This document shows, piece by piece, positions 22,488 through 35,147 of a stretch of 64,000 bases of DNA. The notes beneath the pieces are model-generated. The model saw only the letters and a program-made list of their open reading frames with translations, was not told the origin of the DNA and ran no database searches. Origin of the DNA: Rhynchopus sp. YZ270_cl-10. Taxonomy: Eukaryota. The position numbers and the translations under genes are program-made. The DNA lies in assembly GCA_964035575.1 (NCBI GenBank), contig OZ037834.1, forward strand, positions 1,984,001 to 2,048,000, given 5' to 3'. Position 1 is the first letter of the stretch. Each line of letters begins with the position of its first letter.

Positions 22488-24551
22488 ATGCGGGCATGTG
22501 TTCTAGTACTGTTGGGATGTGCAGTTGCCACCGGTGGGTTCAAAATCCCTGGACTTCCTCCCATCCCGATCCCACCTATTCCCCCTATCCCGCCGATCCC
22601 GCCGATCCCGTCTATTATCTTTCCACCACCACCTCCGCCTAAGACGCCCATTCCTAAGACAAAGTCGCCGCCCACACCATCACCGCCGACTCCATCTCCA
22701 CCAACACCTTCGCCACCAACACCGTCACCGCCAACACCATTTCCCGCCACGTTGTCGCCACCTACACCATCACCGCCGACTCCAGCGCCACCAACACCTT
22801 CGCCACCTACACCAGCACCGCCAACCCCGTCACCTCCCACCCCAGCTCCACTAACTCTGTCACCCCCGACACCGTCACCTCCTACGCCATCACCACCGAC
22901 ACCATTTCCTCCGACACTTTCCCCTCCAACACCACTCCCGCCGACTCCAGCTCCAGAGACGGATTCGCCTATTGTCATTATCCCTGATACAAGCATGCCA
23001 CCGCCGCCTAAGACAGCGGTACCGTTAACCGATGTACCTCATACGGTGGTGCCTGCAACGATGACGCCGGGTTTGCGTTTATCGAGGGTTCATGTTTTAG
23101 GTGAGGATACTACTGTGTCTATGGCGGGGGGGACGTCTCTGGTGTCGTCTGTTGGAGGAGGGGCTGCGGCTGCGCAAGCGATGAGATTGGTTGCAGTGCA
23201 GGGTTCTTGTGTGATGCTGGGGGAGGCGCCGAAGGAGCTGCCGAGGTCGTTCCATCCGACGCAACTGAAAATCCAGGGCAGTCTTGATGTTGGTGCTGTT
23301 GTTGCGAATTTCGGGATGACCCTCGCAGTGACGCTGCTTATGTACCTTGCGATGAAGGGGTTTCACCGTTGCTTTCCGGATCATATGTATGGTCGTGATA
23401 TGCAGGGATTGATTAGGTTTCCTTCGGCACCGTTGTTCATCTTTCAATGGTTCTATCAAGGCACCGCAGTGTCCGGGATGAGGCTGGTGTTTTACTATAC
23501 TACCGCGTTGGAATTTGTGGTAGGGTTTGCTGCGTGCGCGGTGTGCACCGTGCTTCCCTTTGTTGTAGCGTATAAGGTGAGGCAGGCTGTACCAAAGAAA
23601 GCAAAGTACCTTGAGGTGCCGGATATAGATGGGAACAGATGGTCGTTCGTGTCGAACGCTATGCTTGGCCGTGGGGAGTGGGTGTCGGTTCGGAAGGATA
23701 ATCATTGGTCGCAACGGTATGCGTCGGTTACACGCCGGTTTACTGAAGAGCACGCTCATTTTATGTTTGTAGAACTCATGAGTTCTCTCGCATTGGCCGC
23801 ATTGTCGAGTCTCAGAGTTGGTGATATGTGGCAATGTGGTGTCATTAAACTGAGCGAAGCCTTTGTATTCTTCATCCTCATTGCAATCGAAGCAACATTA
23901 TGGCCCCATGCCCGCGCCCGCGATTGTGTTATCGATTTGGTTTCAATTGGCGCCCAAGGGAGTGCTCTGGTTTTTATGTCGATCGGATACTTCTCTGATG
24001 GAGATGGGGAGTTTCTATTCCAACTTTCCGGCATTCTATTCACCAGCGCGGTGACATTGCTTTTGGTAAAGGTGGGTTTAGATTTGATCTGCGAGACGTA
24101 CGTTTTTTGTACAAGACGGCGGTGCGGTCTGCAGCAACAGTTCTGGGAGGACCTTGACAAGGAGAAGGAAAAAAACCTCATTGGCGACGACATGCTGGTC
24201 GACCGTATGGAGCTCTACGACGCTACAGAGTCTCTTCTTGGTGCCTCTACTATAGGCGACCACAGCGTCTCTGCGCACGAAACATCCCCACAACGTGTAT
24301 ACACAGCGTCCCCTTTTGCCCTCCCTTACCCTTTCAGCAGTAGTACCAGTGGAAGCGTCAGTGGCATCGGCGGAGACGTCTCCCCACTAACAGGGTTCTC
24401 CGGGCTCGACTCTGGAAAGTTCTCAATGCTAGGCGGCCCTTTGCTGGGCAAGAAGTCTTCGTTCCCGATGAGTACTATGAGTCTTCTTGGGGGAGGAGGG
24501 GGAGGAGGAGGAGGAGGGGGACAACCCGACTGTGAGACTATTGCGTTGTGA
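22488..24551 (+). CDS. Signal peptide + Pro-rich (PPTPS)n stalk + multi-pass membrane domain protein
   Basis: Hydrophobic N-terminus, about 19 PPTP(S/A/F) units and about 7-8 hydrophobic segments. Shares FHPT, RFPSAP..W.YQG, G.GEW.S and PHAR.RD motifs with 49466-51079. Confidence 0.85.
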   Translation: MRACVLVLLGCAVATGGFKIPGLPPIPIPPIPPIPPIPPIPSIIFPPPPPPKTPIPKTKSPPTPSPPTPSPPTPSPPTPSPPTPFPATLSPPTPSPPTPAPPTPSPPTPAPPTPSPPTPAPLTLSPPTPSPPTPSPPTPFPPTLSPPTPLPPTPAPETDSPIVIIPDTSMPPPPKTAVPLTDVPHTVVPATMTPGLRLSRVHVLGEDTTVSMAGGTSLVSSVGGGAAAAQAMRLVAVQGSCVMLGEAPKELPRSFHPTQLKIQGSLDVGAVVANFGMTLAVTLLMYLAMKGFHRCFPDHMYGRDMQGLIRFPSAPLFIFQWFYQGTAVSGMRLVFYYTTALEFVVGFAACAVCTVLPFVVAYKVRQAVPKKAKYLEVPDIDGNRWSFVSNAMLGRGEWVSVRKDNHWSQRYASVTRRFTEEHAHFMFVELMSSLALAALSSLRVGDMWQCGVIKLSEAFVFFILIAIEATLWPHARARDCVIDLVSIGAQGSALVFMSIGYFSDGDGEFLFQLSGILFTSAVTLLLVKVGLDLICETYVFCTRRRCGLQQQFWEDLDKEKEKNLIGDDMLVDRMELYDATESLLGASTIGDHSVSAHETSPQRVYTASPFALPYPFSSSTSGSVSGIGGDVSPLTGFSGLDSGKFSMLGGPLLGKKSSFPMSTMSLLGGGGGGGGGGGQPDCETIAL

Positions 24552-24660
24552 GAGGAGGAGGAGGAGGGGAGAAAAAAAAAAGAAAAATGATCTGAGGTAC
24601 TTCAGAGTAGAAGTGGAGGGCGTTTGTTCTCCTGAAAAATTGAAGAGAAAAAAAGGTATA

Positions 24661-24728
24661 TGGTGCTCCGGGAGGGGTCGATATTGACAGGTCGCCGACA
24701 GGTCGTTGACCGACTTCCGAAAGCACCA
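24661..24728. repeat. Short dispersed element with TGGTGCT...AGCACCA inverted ends (copy 1)
   Basis: A reverse-complement copy lies at 30510-30575. Confidence 0.7.
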
Positions 24729-27001
24729 GTATAGGAATCTATTTTTTTGTTTGATTTTGTCATGTAGGAGGAGCGCATTCTTTTCAAACAATTTTTTTTT
24801 TTGTGTTTTGATACACAGCAGATGTACAGCTATCCACAGCAGCTTTTCTTTTTTTTCTTTTTTCTTTTGTAGTTTTTGCAGGGGCATTGTTGTATCATTC
24901 CCTCCCACAGCTCAAACCCCCCTTTTTTTCTTTCTCTCCTTTTTCTCTGAGAGTCTTCCGGATAGTGATGCCTGTCCTCAATGGCAAACAGTGCATCAAA
25001 CAATCCTCTGATAGAGTTTCAACAAAAAAATAAGTTTTTAAGGGGGTTTTTGAGAAGTGTCTTAGAGACACCCAAGCCCGTTGAGCGAAATTCGCGTACT
25101 TTTTTTTTGCACCCTCGATTGAGTTGATACAACAAAAAGCAAAATGCAAAAATAAAAAAGAGTTAAAAGCGGCATGTGGGTGGTGTACAATGATGTGAAT
25201 TTCTTCTTCCTTTCTCTAAGTGATTTTTTTTTTAAATAATTTGTTATCAACCTTCACTTTCTTTCCAACAGGGGGAGGAGGGGTGATTTTATTTCCGGGG
25301 GGTTCGATAACCCGCGGAGTGTCAGTGCCCTGCGTCCCAGAGGGCGTTTGCACTATCAACTTCACTTTATATTTTTGTTTAGATGTGCATGCTGCGTGAG
25401 GCCTATGCATCTTTCGACTTTGGTTTGGTTTTGTTTTTTTGTGTGTGCATGTGTTCTGTTCTTATCATCGAATTTTTTTTTTTGACCCCCATTTGTTGTG
25501 TTTTGTGTCCTTCCCCTCATCACCCTGAACAAATGTGACAAACATAAACAGGGAACACCACGCAAGTGGTGACCCTCATCGTCGTCCCTTCCCAATCTAC
25601 TCAAATCAATTTTGTTTTTTCTTCTTTTTCCTTTTGGTTTTATCCTGCCTAGGGTTTTTGTTTCCCTCTTTTATACATTGTGCCCAAGGCAAATCTTTCA
25701 TCTTCCATTATTTTTTGGGAGAAAACAGTTTTTTATTTCCGAGACCCAACCCCCTGTGGACTGAAAGCAGCGACGACTCAGCGGAGTTACTGATATTTTT
25801 TGTCCAATTCAAAAAAAATTCAAAAAAGAAAAAAAACTTCTCTAGCTCTTGCGAACAGGGCTCGCGCAAAAAATTTGGACCAAAAATTCTCCATTTTTTT
25901 TTTATTATTTACCCTACCATACACCTCGTTTGGCCAGGAAATGCAACTATCTGCCTTTTCTTGACCCCCAAACCCTCTCCCCTCAAAGGTTTAAGGGTAC
26001 ACTTTTTTGCACCCGATTTCGGTTTTTTTTCGGAGAAATCCCAAATATTTAGCGCGAGCCCTTCGTTTGCAAAGCATATTTCTCTTTTAACAGTGTTGTG
26101 TGCAGACACGCGATACAAGTTTTTTCCCGCTATTTTTATAGACCAAATATTGGCAAAAGAGGAAATAGAATCGACGGAAGGTTGCCTGCAAAGTGTTTTT
26201 TTTCTTCTTCTTCTTCTTTTTCGTCTAGTATTTGTTTTACACTATTTCATACAAACTCATACAGCAAAAAAAAATGCAATTTTTGCAGAGCGACCAAACG
26301 CATCCAAAAGAGGTATTTTCTTTTGATTCAGTTTTGTCACATCCTGAAGTCAGATTCTAATTCCTTTTCCCCCCAACCAAGCGACTAAATTAGCACACAG
26401 AGACTCATCGTCCAGACTTTTTTTCTCTCTCTTTTCTCAAGTCTCATCCGCCCCTCAGAAATGACATAATTGTGTGACAGATTTCCACTTTTTTCAGTTT
26501 TTTTCTCTCTTTTTGTATTGTTTCTGTTTGATGGATCAGGGTGAAAAAAAAACCACTGGACCTTTTTGTGCGAGATACACACACCCACAAATACAACTTT
26601 TTATTTACCTATTGCATCCCTCAATAGAAGAAGCAAGAAGAAGTGTGAACTGTCTATGTGATTAATTATGAATACTGATTGGAGGGGGGGGTTTTTTTTT
26701 TTTGAAATTTCTTTGTACCACGTCTAAATTGAGTACAGACCCTAGATCGAACCAAGGGTACTTAGGCAATTGTTGCTACAGCAAAAAAAAATAAGGGGTT
26801 CAGGACGAATGACGTACCTTCCGTAGTACAAATGGCTTCGGACAGCATTGGGTACAGACCCTATTAGCGGTTCTTAGGCGATTGTCGACACAACAAAAAA
26901 AAAAAAGGTGGAGCACACTCTAGGGTGGCTACACTAATGCAACCAAGTTTTCAAAAAAAGCAGAAAGTCGTTTTGTGTGCTGTGTAGTATATTAAAAAAG
27001 G

Positions 27002-27120
27002 CCAACCTGTCTCACGATGATCTAAACCCAATTCATGTGCCCTATTAGGGTGAACAATTCAACCATTAGAGAATTCTGCTTTTGTTAGGCTGGGAAGAGC
27101 CGACAATGACAGATAAAAAA
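27002..27120 (-). pseudogene. Degenerate LSU (28S) rRNA fragment, domain V
   Basis: Minus strand reads tgtcggctcttcc...gcagaattc...ggttgaattgttcaccc..taataggg..tgaattgggtttagatcatcgtgagacaggttgg, matching the conserved LSU peptidyl-transferase region with many substitutions. Confidence 0.8.
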
Positions 27121-30100
27121 CCCTAAGGATGGTATAGGTACACGGTGCAGAGTGCTTTTTTTGCATAGTGTTTTTGACCGTTTTTTTTTTAATAAAAAAG
27201 TGTTCGGCCGACATTTCAACATAGACTCCCAGTTACCCACCAAAGATGGGTGGCCTGGGTAATCCATGCCATACGCCTCCTTTATATCGGATATGAAGTC
27301 TTAGTGACTACTTACACAGAGAAACGATTTGAGTTCATATTGTACCAAATTTTCTCGTCGATGTGTGTTGTACGAGAGTGTACATTCATCTTGGATTTTA
27401 TTTTTTTCTCTTGACACCAAATTAAAATTACAGTATCATTCTCACCCCCAAAAATTAGTTAAAAAAGACTATCTGGATAGCGACTACGCGAGAAAGCCAA
27501 CAGATTTATCAATAAAAAGGAAGAAAGAAGAAAAGAAGAAAAGCTCTCTTTCGTTATCTGAAAGATGCGTGCTCACTGAGGGTTCCTCAGATTTTTTGTT
27601 TTTCGCTCTCGAGAATTTGTCTTTTTCTGCGTGCGGATAAACGGTGAGGCGTTAACACTTTTTAAAGTGAAATAACATTCCTGTTCGGGTGTCCGCACTA
27701 AAGCCCACCAGCAATTTCAATAAAAAAACAGTGGAGCTTGTACAAGAGGCAACGACACTATTCCAACAATTTTTCAAAAAAAAGCAAAAAAGATTTTAGT
27801 ATAGTATAGTGGAGCACACTCTAGGGTGGCTACACCAAGTTTCCAAAAAAGAAAAAAAGTTAATATCCTTGGGTGCCTACACTAATACAAAAACCAAGCT
27901 TTCAAAAGCGCGTTCACACAGGTGGTGTGCACGTTGTCAAATTTTTAAAAATTTTCAAAAAAAAAAAAAAGACACAAAGAACCACATTGCATTCGACAAT
28001 GATTGATTTTCCCAAAGAACGGATTTTTTTAAAAATGTTTAGTGCCGCGACATCCTGACCACAGTCATACAACAAACATAGGTGGGGTAAAAACTAAGGT
28101 GGGTTTTTGGAATTTCACAATTCTGACGTGGGGTTTTTACCCCTATGTTTGTTGTATGATTCTAAGTATTTCAGTATTTCTCTGTGCCTATGACTGCCCG
28201 GGTGGTCCGGTGAGGTGTGTGCACTTTCAAATTCTCTTCTCGTTCGCGTGGAAGGGATGTCTGCCATTAGCAACAGTAGTTGGTATTATATCCTCTTAAA
28301 ACGATCGTGTATCAAATTAAAAAACAAAAAAAAAAAAATAGAATTCGGGGGCCTTCAATTCAAACATCGAACCATTTTTTTATGTGCCCAGAATGTTTCT
28401 TGGGTACGATTGCCAAATGCTTTTTTCAGAAAATGAGCAGTTACAACACCCCCCTTTTTTTGATAAAACAACTTGTTGTCAATTCTAAAAAGATTGGAGG
28501 CAGCGCTGCAGGGCATACAAAACGGATTGAAAAAAACAGAAGCTTGCTTGTTTTCTTTGAGTACTCAATTAACCACAACAACCGTACTTCAGTTTAACAC
28601 ATTTTTTCACCTTTTTGTTTTTGTCACCTCATGAAATGAAGGAGGAAATAGAAACAAAGCATTTTGAACACACTCGCGGTTCTAGGGACGAACCGCGCTG
28701 CAGAGCCACTCCTACAACCAAACAGGTCGAGGTGTGTGCGTTTCACCACAACCTCTCCCATGGGTTTTATCGTGTGATGAGTGTTAAGTTTCTATTTCCC
28801 GGCTTTGAGCGCACAAACAAAAGACCCGATCTTTTTTTTCATATTCAATTCAACGATAGTTTCTACGAGTGAGGGGGAGAGACAATTCATTGTTTTTTTT
28901 CAATATGATTTTCCCTCCCCTGCTCTCAGTCTTAGTGGGCAATTGTTCGTTTTTTTTCTTTCTCTCTCCTCTCTCTCTATTTTTTCCCTTTCTTTTCTCT
29001 CTCTCTCTATGTTTGTTTTTTCAAGGTACACTGCCACGAGCGGGCTGTTGTATTTCAAGCCAACTTTTTTTTTTTTTGGAGATGTTGCAGCAGAACCAGG
29101 TCCCAAAAACAAAAAACGATGTTTTTCAAATGAAAAATGAAAAATGTGGATTTTTTTTTTTTCTGTCATGGAGCTAAACATCTTTCCTACCCTCCCTTTT
29201 TTACTCACAACTGTAAGGTGACTTCAAGCAACGAGAGGCTTAGGGTTCATCTTATAATTTTTCTTTTTTCCTTTTCCCCTCATTATTTATCCCCCAATTT
29301 GACGCAAACGCTTTCGGTTATAACGAAATATGAAACAATCCCACAAAAAAAAAAGTTCCACCTTGTTACGCTCCCACTGAACAGTATGACCTATGCCGGT
29401 GTAGTGCGCGTATGGTCTAGGGTATTTAGTGCTCGGGTCCGTCGATGAACGGTGAGGCGTTTGCACTTCCAAATTCTCTTTGGGTGACCACAGAGAAATC
29501 ATAAACCCGGTATTGGTTCGGTCTTCTGCGTGCTTTTAAAAAAAAAAAAATGCACGCAGGTCCACTTAAGAATGTTGTGCGTGTAGTCTAAGGGTATTTA
29601 GGAGTATATCGCATGACCTGCTTTTGGCTCGCTTTTCCGTGTGCTAAAAAAACACAGTGTCTGTACAATGAGAGAAACCTCCCTTCCGGAAAGGGGGCAG
29701 GACTGGCAGTGCCACCCTGCCCCCCGTAGTTAGGTTGTGTTTTTAAAAAGGAGATTTGCACAACTGTGGCAACACAAACCCGAGGCAACTGCACTATTCC
29801 AACAATTTATCCAAAAACAAACAAACACCAAAAAAGAGAAATTACGTATAAACGATGTTCCCTTTTTATCCCTTGATTCATATTTTTTTCCTTCTCAAAA
29901 TAAGAAAGAAGGGAACATTTCGATTTGTACAGAAGCATCACCTTCCCCCATTTTAAATGCAACCACACCCACAGAAAATTATGTTTTATTTTTGTTCCGT
30001 ATAATTTCACGCCCACACAGTTTTTTTTTTTTTGATTTTTTTCGCCGTGCTTTTTTACACTTTCACTAATGACTCAAATGGTCCCCATTATCATACGCAT

Positions 30101-30509
30101 GTTCTGTATTTTTATCCCCCTCTTTTTTTCTTTTTTTTTTGGACAACCCAACTGAGAGCCCGAGGCGTTTTACCTCTGTGTGAGGAACTACCTACACCTG
30201 CAACCCCCCTTTTTTTTTGGAGGTGGTTTTTTTTGGGTGTCTTTTCATAGCGAAGTTCAGGTGAACTAAACAGAGTGATTTGTGTCACCTTACTTCTTTA
30301 TTTAGGCACATTGGCGTGTTGTGCAAGAGTCAAAACTTGAATGTGAACCACGAACCGTATAGCTTTTCCAGGGTAACAAAACATTTTTAATTTGTGCTTT
30401 GAATGAGTTATGTTCGATATTCCACAGCAAAAGAAAGAAGGAATACATTCCTTTTTTTATACAAAATCGTGGCCGCTCTCTCTTTTTTTCTGTCTTTTTT
30501 ATTCTCTTA

Positions 30510-30575
30510 TGGTGCTTTTCGGAAATCGGTCAACCTGTCGGCGACCTGCCAATATCGACCCCTCCCGGAGCACCA
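30510..30575. repeat. Short dispersed element (copy 2, inverted relative to 24661-24728)
   Basis: Near-identical reverse complement of 24661-24728. Confidence 0.7.
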
Positions 30576-31005
30576 TCTTATTTGTTTGTTTTTTTTTTGT
30601 TCTCCTTTCTCTCCTCTGAAGTGGTAGCTCAGCACAAGCGGCGCTGGGCCACCTTTCGTATCTCTGCCAAAAAACGTTTCCCCCATTATTCTTTTGTGTT
30701 CTTCGTTTCTGTTAGCAAAAAAAGGGGGGGTTCCCCCCCTCTGTTACGCCAGGACCCCGCCTCCGCCTGCTTCTGTTCCTGACCTTGTGTCTGTTCGTGT
30801 GCCTGCCACTCAGCCAATAGCTGGCGAATCCGGCATCGCGCCGTGACAGTGTTGGTGGTGGTGTTTTTTGAGGTGCATTGGAGGGAATGGAGGGGGGGGG
30901 GGGGGGGGGGGGGCTTTTTTTTTGTTTCATTTGTACATTTAGTGCACCCTATTATACCATTAAGTGACTAAATTTGAGGCTTGGGGTAAGTACCAACTTT
31001 TCCTT

Positions 31006-31480
31006 GGTGACTGCGTCTGCAAGATGCGCGGTCCTGATCTGAATCTTCAACTTTTGTTGAAGGTTCTTTTTTCTCCTTATTTTTTTTGCACAACTTCTCT
31101 TTTAAGTCTAATATGTAATTTCTTGCCCTGCATCTAGATGCATTCGTATATTACGCTCACTTTCTAAGATGTATGTGTGCAATGTAAATGGCACATTCGT
31201 CCGTTAAAGTATCTTTCTTTCTGGTGACCGCGTCTGCAAACTGTGTGGTCCGATCTGACCTTTTTTTTCCTCCTTATTTTTTCTCCTTGTTTGCACAACT
31301 TCTCTGTTAAGTCTAATTTCTTGCCCTGCATCTAGATGCATTCGTATATTACGCTCACTTTCTAAGATGTATGTGCACAATGTAAATGGCACATTCATCC
31401 GTTAAAGTATCTTTCTTTCTGGTGACCGCGTCTGCAAGATGCGTGGTCCGATATGAACTTCATCTTTTTGATGAAGGTTT
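31006..31480. repeat. Tandem repeat, ~200-215 nt unit, ~2.3 copies
   Basis: ggtgac(t/c)gcgtctgcaa starts at 31006, 31223 and 31421; the block ttcttgccctgcatctagatgcattcgtatattacgctcac is duplicated. Confidence 0.85.
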
Positions 31481-31870
31481 TTCCTCCTTTCCTATTCCCC
31501 CCCCTCCTTGACTAAGCTTTTTTGTAGGTTCATCTTACCTTTGTCTTTTAAGGTGACGAAAAGCAGAGGCTTCAGTTATTATAGTTTTTTCCATATTTTG
31601 CCTGCAATCCGCTTGATGAAGCGGCGTTTTTTTTGCACTTTCAACTTCTCTTTTTTGTGTATACCGTGTCTGTGTCCATTAGTCGTGTTCATGCGCATCA
31701 AAATTTACTTCACTTTATTGGCTTGGATGTGAACGGGGTTGCGAAGGTCTCTTCGTCTGGTCCCCCACACAGCCCGTAACTAGTTTTACGCAGCTCCATG
31801 TTTGTGTTCTCTCTTGAAAAAAAAAAAAAGCTTTTTTTTCTTCTTTTTTTTGATCGTGTGCAGATCTCCT

Positions 31871-31977
31871 TACGGTATTCGTACAAATTATGAACTGTAA
31901 TAATGTTCGACCTTTTCAGGATTTTTTCTGGAAGTTCGACCTTTTTTTACGATAATTTTTTTTGTACGAATACAGTA
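31871..31977. mobile_element. MITE with TA ends (Tc1/mariner-like); related copy at ~43086-43192
   Basis: gtattcgtacaaa ... tttgtacgaatac. The internal gttcgacctttt...ctggaagttcgacctttttt is shared with the 43.1-kb copy. Confidence 0.65.
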
Positions 31978-32495
31978 CATTGCGTGTGTGTATTAAGAAC
32001 TGCATACTCCAAACTAATTTCTTTTCAACGAAGAAATAGTGGGTGTTGACTGAACAGCCCATTTCATTGGGTCTTAGTCGCACCAAAAATACAATATGGG
32101 AAAAGATAAAATACCCTGTTTCTGTGATAGCTTATTTGTGAACGTTTTCTTTTTTTAAAGCATTTGTGTATCGCAAACTCTGTTTGACTTTTCGACTTTT
32201 TTTTTTTGCTCAATGTGAGGATTCCTCTCTCAAGTTTTCTTTGTTATTTTTCTTTAGGCGCGTCTTTTGTACGAACATTTTCAAAATGTTCATTTTCTTT
32301 TGTTGCTGTACACCCGCTTGGGTCATCCCAACAGGTATTAACTATGATATTGTACTCGCTTCAACTCCCTTTTAAAAGATGTGCGTGCATGAGCACATGC
32401 ATATACAAGTTTTCTTTTAAAACGCAGACTGCCTTGCGTCCCACAAGGTATATGTTTGGATATATTTTTTTTTTTTTGGCAGTTTTCAGTGGTAT

Positions 32496-32645
32496 CATGG
32501 ATGTCCAAAGTACTTGAAGTATCCTTGATACGTATCTTCAAGTACTTGACTGTCATTTTGAGAGGAAAAAAAAGGGGGGGGGTCAAGTACTTCAAGTACC
32601 ATAAAAAATCCAAAAAAAGTACTTCAAGTACTTTGGACATCCATG
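32496..32645. mobile_element. MITE with CATGG termini and 6-bp TSD
   Basis: TIR catggatgtccaaagtacttgaagta / tacttcaagtactttggacatccatg; tggtat is duplicated at 32490-32495 and 32646-32651. Confidence 0.8.
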
Positions 32646-35147
32646 TGGTATATTATCTTCCCTTTTTTTTGTGTTCCGCCGTCTTAGCTTGCAAAACTTT
32701 ACCCCTTTTACGTTATCTTCAGCTTACCTTGTGTTAAAGATGATTCACAGTACGACGTAGGTTCATCTCACCGAGGTTCTCTTTTTTGAGCAGTGCCTTT
32801 TGTGTCTGCTGGGTTCCCCTCGGGTGAGGTGTCTGCCCTTTTTCAATCTCTTTTTTTCTTTTTTTTTGTTTTTATTGCGATTATCACCCATATCACCACC
32901 TTTCCCCCCCACTGAAGACCATCTCTTGGCATCAAGCCTGTATCTTCACAGCGCTTTTCTGAATGTGTACCCCTTTTCATCTGGTCAAATCAGATGTTTT
33001 TTTTTCTCGCTTTAAATTGCTTTCTTTTTCTTAAATCTGATTTTTTTTGCCTTGAAATTTGGTGAAGTTTAGTCAAATCAAATTCCATCAAATTCCAAAG
33101 AAAAATGAGGTAGTGAATTGAAAGCATGAAATTTAACATTAAAGAGTTGATGATTTTGTGTTAAACTTTTATGAAGCTTATGTTTTTTAGGGAGAGGTGC
33201 ACTACAAGAGGGCATATCTTAAATGGCGACGAAGGCTTAGAATCAGTTTTTTATAAACTTTTTATTGAAAGTTTTCCTTTTCTGATGTCGGCCGCTGGGT
33301 CCCAATTACCCCCCTTTTTTGTTTGCTTCAAAATTTTTCTTTTTTTTTCTTGAAGTGATGTGGCTGAAACCAGCTTTGAAGAAGTCCACAAAAAGTGTAC
33401 CTTTTTTGGGCTCAGCCACACCGTAAAGTACCTACCTTTTTAATAAGATGACTATTGCCGGGAGAGACGTAACTTCGTCTCAACCCTTTTCGTTTATTGG
33501 TGTTCTGAAAAGTACCGATATTGCCAGGTCCCTGACAAAAGGTACTTGACAGATTTTCACACCATTTTGTTTTTTTATTTTATTTTATTTTTTCTGCCTC
33601 CGCAAAGCGTCCCTTACTTCTATTTGCTCTCCTTTAAGGATCCTGTGAAGAAAAATCGTAGCTGACTATGCATATCTAGTGATAGTAGTCTATAATTAAA
33701 ACAAAATTTTCTGCCTCGCATAGATACCGCTGAGCGATTACATCAAATACACAAAAAAATTGAGGACAAAAAAAAATGGTGTGGCTCCCCCCAACTTACA
33801 AAATAATCACAAAAGAAGTACAAAAAAAAAATTACACTTTATTTTTGGGATGCGCCACACCATTTGGAAGGGGGCAAATAGACCCGATAAAATGAGGGGG
33901 GTATGTGTGGCTGTCGTGCTACCACATGCCTTTCTGTTCTTTGATAGTATATGAGGAAATTATTTGTTCCCCTCGGAACATAGTTTCTGTGAAAGAAGGA
34001 AAAGCAGCTCCCGGCAACAGGAGCATGAACCCTCGATACCATAACTTGTTGGAAAAGATGTGAATGCACCATAGGAATGTTCATCTTTTCAATCGTTTAT
34101 TTCTTTCTTTTTCTTTTTAAATTGCTAGTGTTTTACTCGGGTTTGCTATTCTTTTGCCAGCCTCCCCTTTCGGAATCGCGTGTTCTTATTTGTGTTTGAA
34201 CGCTTTCCCCTCCCATTTCCCCGCCAAATTTCTTTATCAAAATTCCTGCCCCTCCGTCCACCTCCCTGCTTTTATTTTTTTTACCAAGGTACACTGTCAC
34301 GAGAGGGCTTTGTATTTCAACTCTACCTTATTTATAGCGCACGTGAAAAAAACGTTTTATGGTCGTACCTGGCTTGAGTGAAATGATGTTTCTTTTATTT
34401 CAAGAAGAGGATTGGTGCCAAAGTGTGACTGCATCTGGATCTACGAGGTGCCCTCCTTTGTTCCGCCACTTCTGCAGATGACCACGGAAAGCATGTCACG
34501 GGAAGTGCCTAGTAGCGCGCCCATGTACGGCATCTACCATTCCAGGTTAGGTGTACAGTGTGTTCGTCCCAGAAGGCTGAATTTTAAACTCTGTTGCGTA
34601 AAGACAGTCGCTCAGTATTGAGGGCGCCACCGACAGGTAGTAACGGAGGGCCACGCCAGTCTAGTTCTGTACGCAAGTTGGCATGTGACGGACCAGCCAG
34701 TTACAACCATAAAGACGTTTTTACACTTGTGAAATAACAGTGAATGAGAACACTTTTTTGCATGAAAAAAGGACCCTCGTAACTCATATTCCCATCTTTT
34801 CGCTCGGGAAATAATGTACTAGGGAGCCTTTTTCGTGGCACCGTATTTCTTCTCTAAGAATTTTAGTTCAAAAGTTTTGAAACGCAAGAAAAACAGCATC
34901 CCCCCCTTTTTTTGATGATCACTACTCTCCCCCTTTATCTGACGAAGGAATGTTGTACTTTTTGTCCTGAGGAAGGTGCTCCTAGTGTTGTTCAGAAAAC
35001 AGCCAAGGGATGTCTTCCGTAGAGCCTGCTGGTGCTGCATGAATAGCGCCGCTTGCAGAGGTACAAATTACCCAGAGCGCAAGACACAACACCACCCACC
35101 ACGCAGATTTTACTTTATCTAAAGACACCCACTCCCTAGAACCAACG

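Noticed and set aside
24552..35147. Short ORFs in AT-rich intergenic DNA (e.g. 25535-26326)
   Set aside because: Phe/Lys-rich translations of homopolymer runs with no coding signature.
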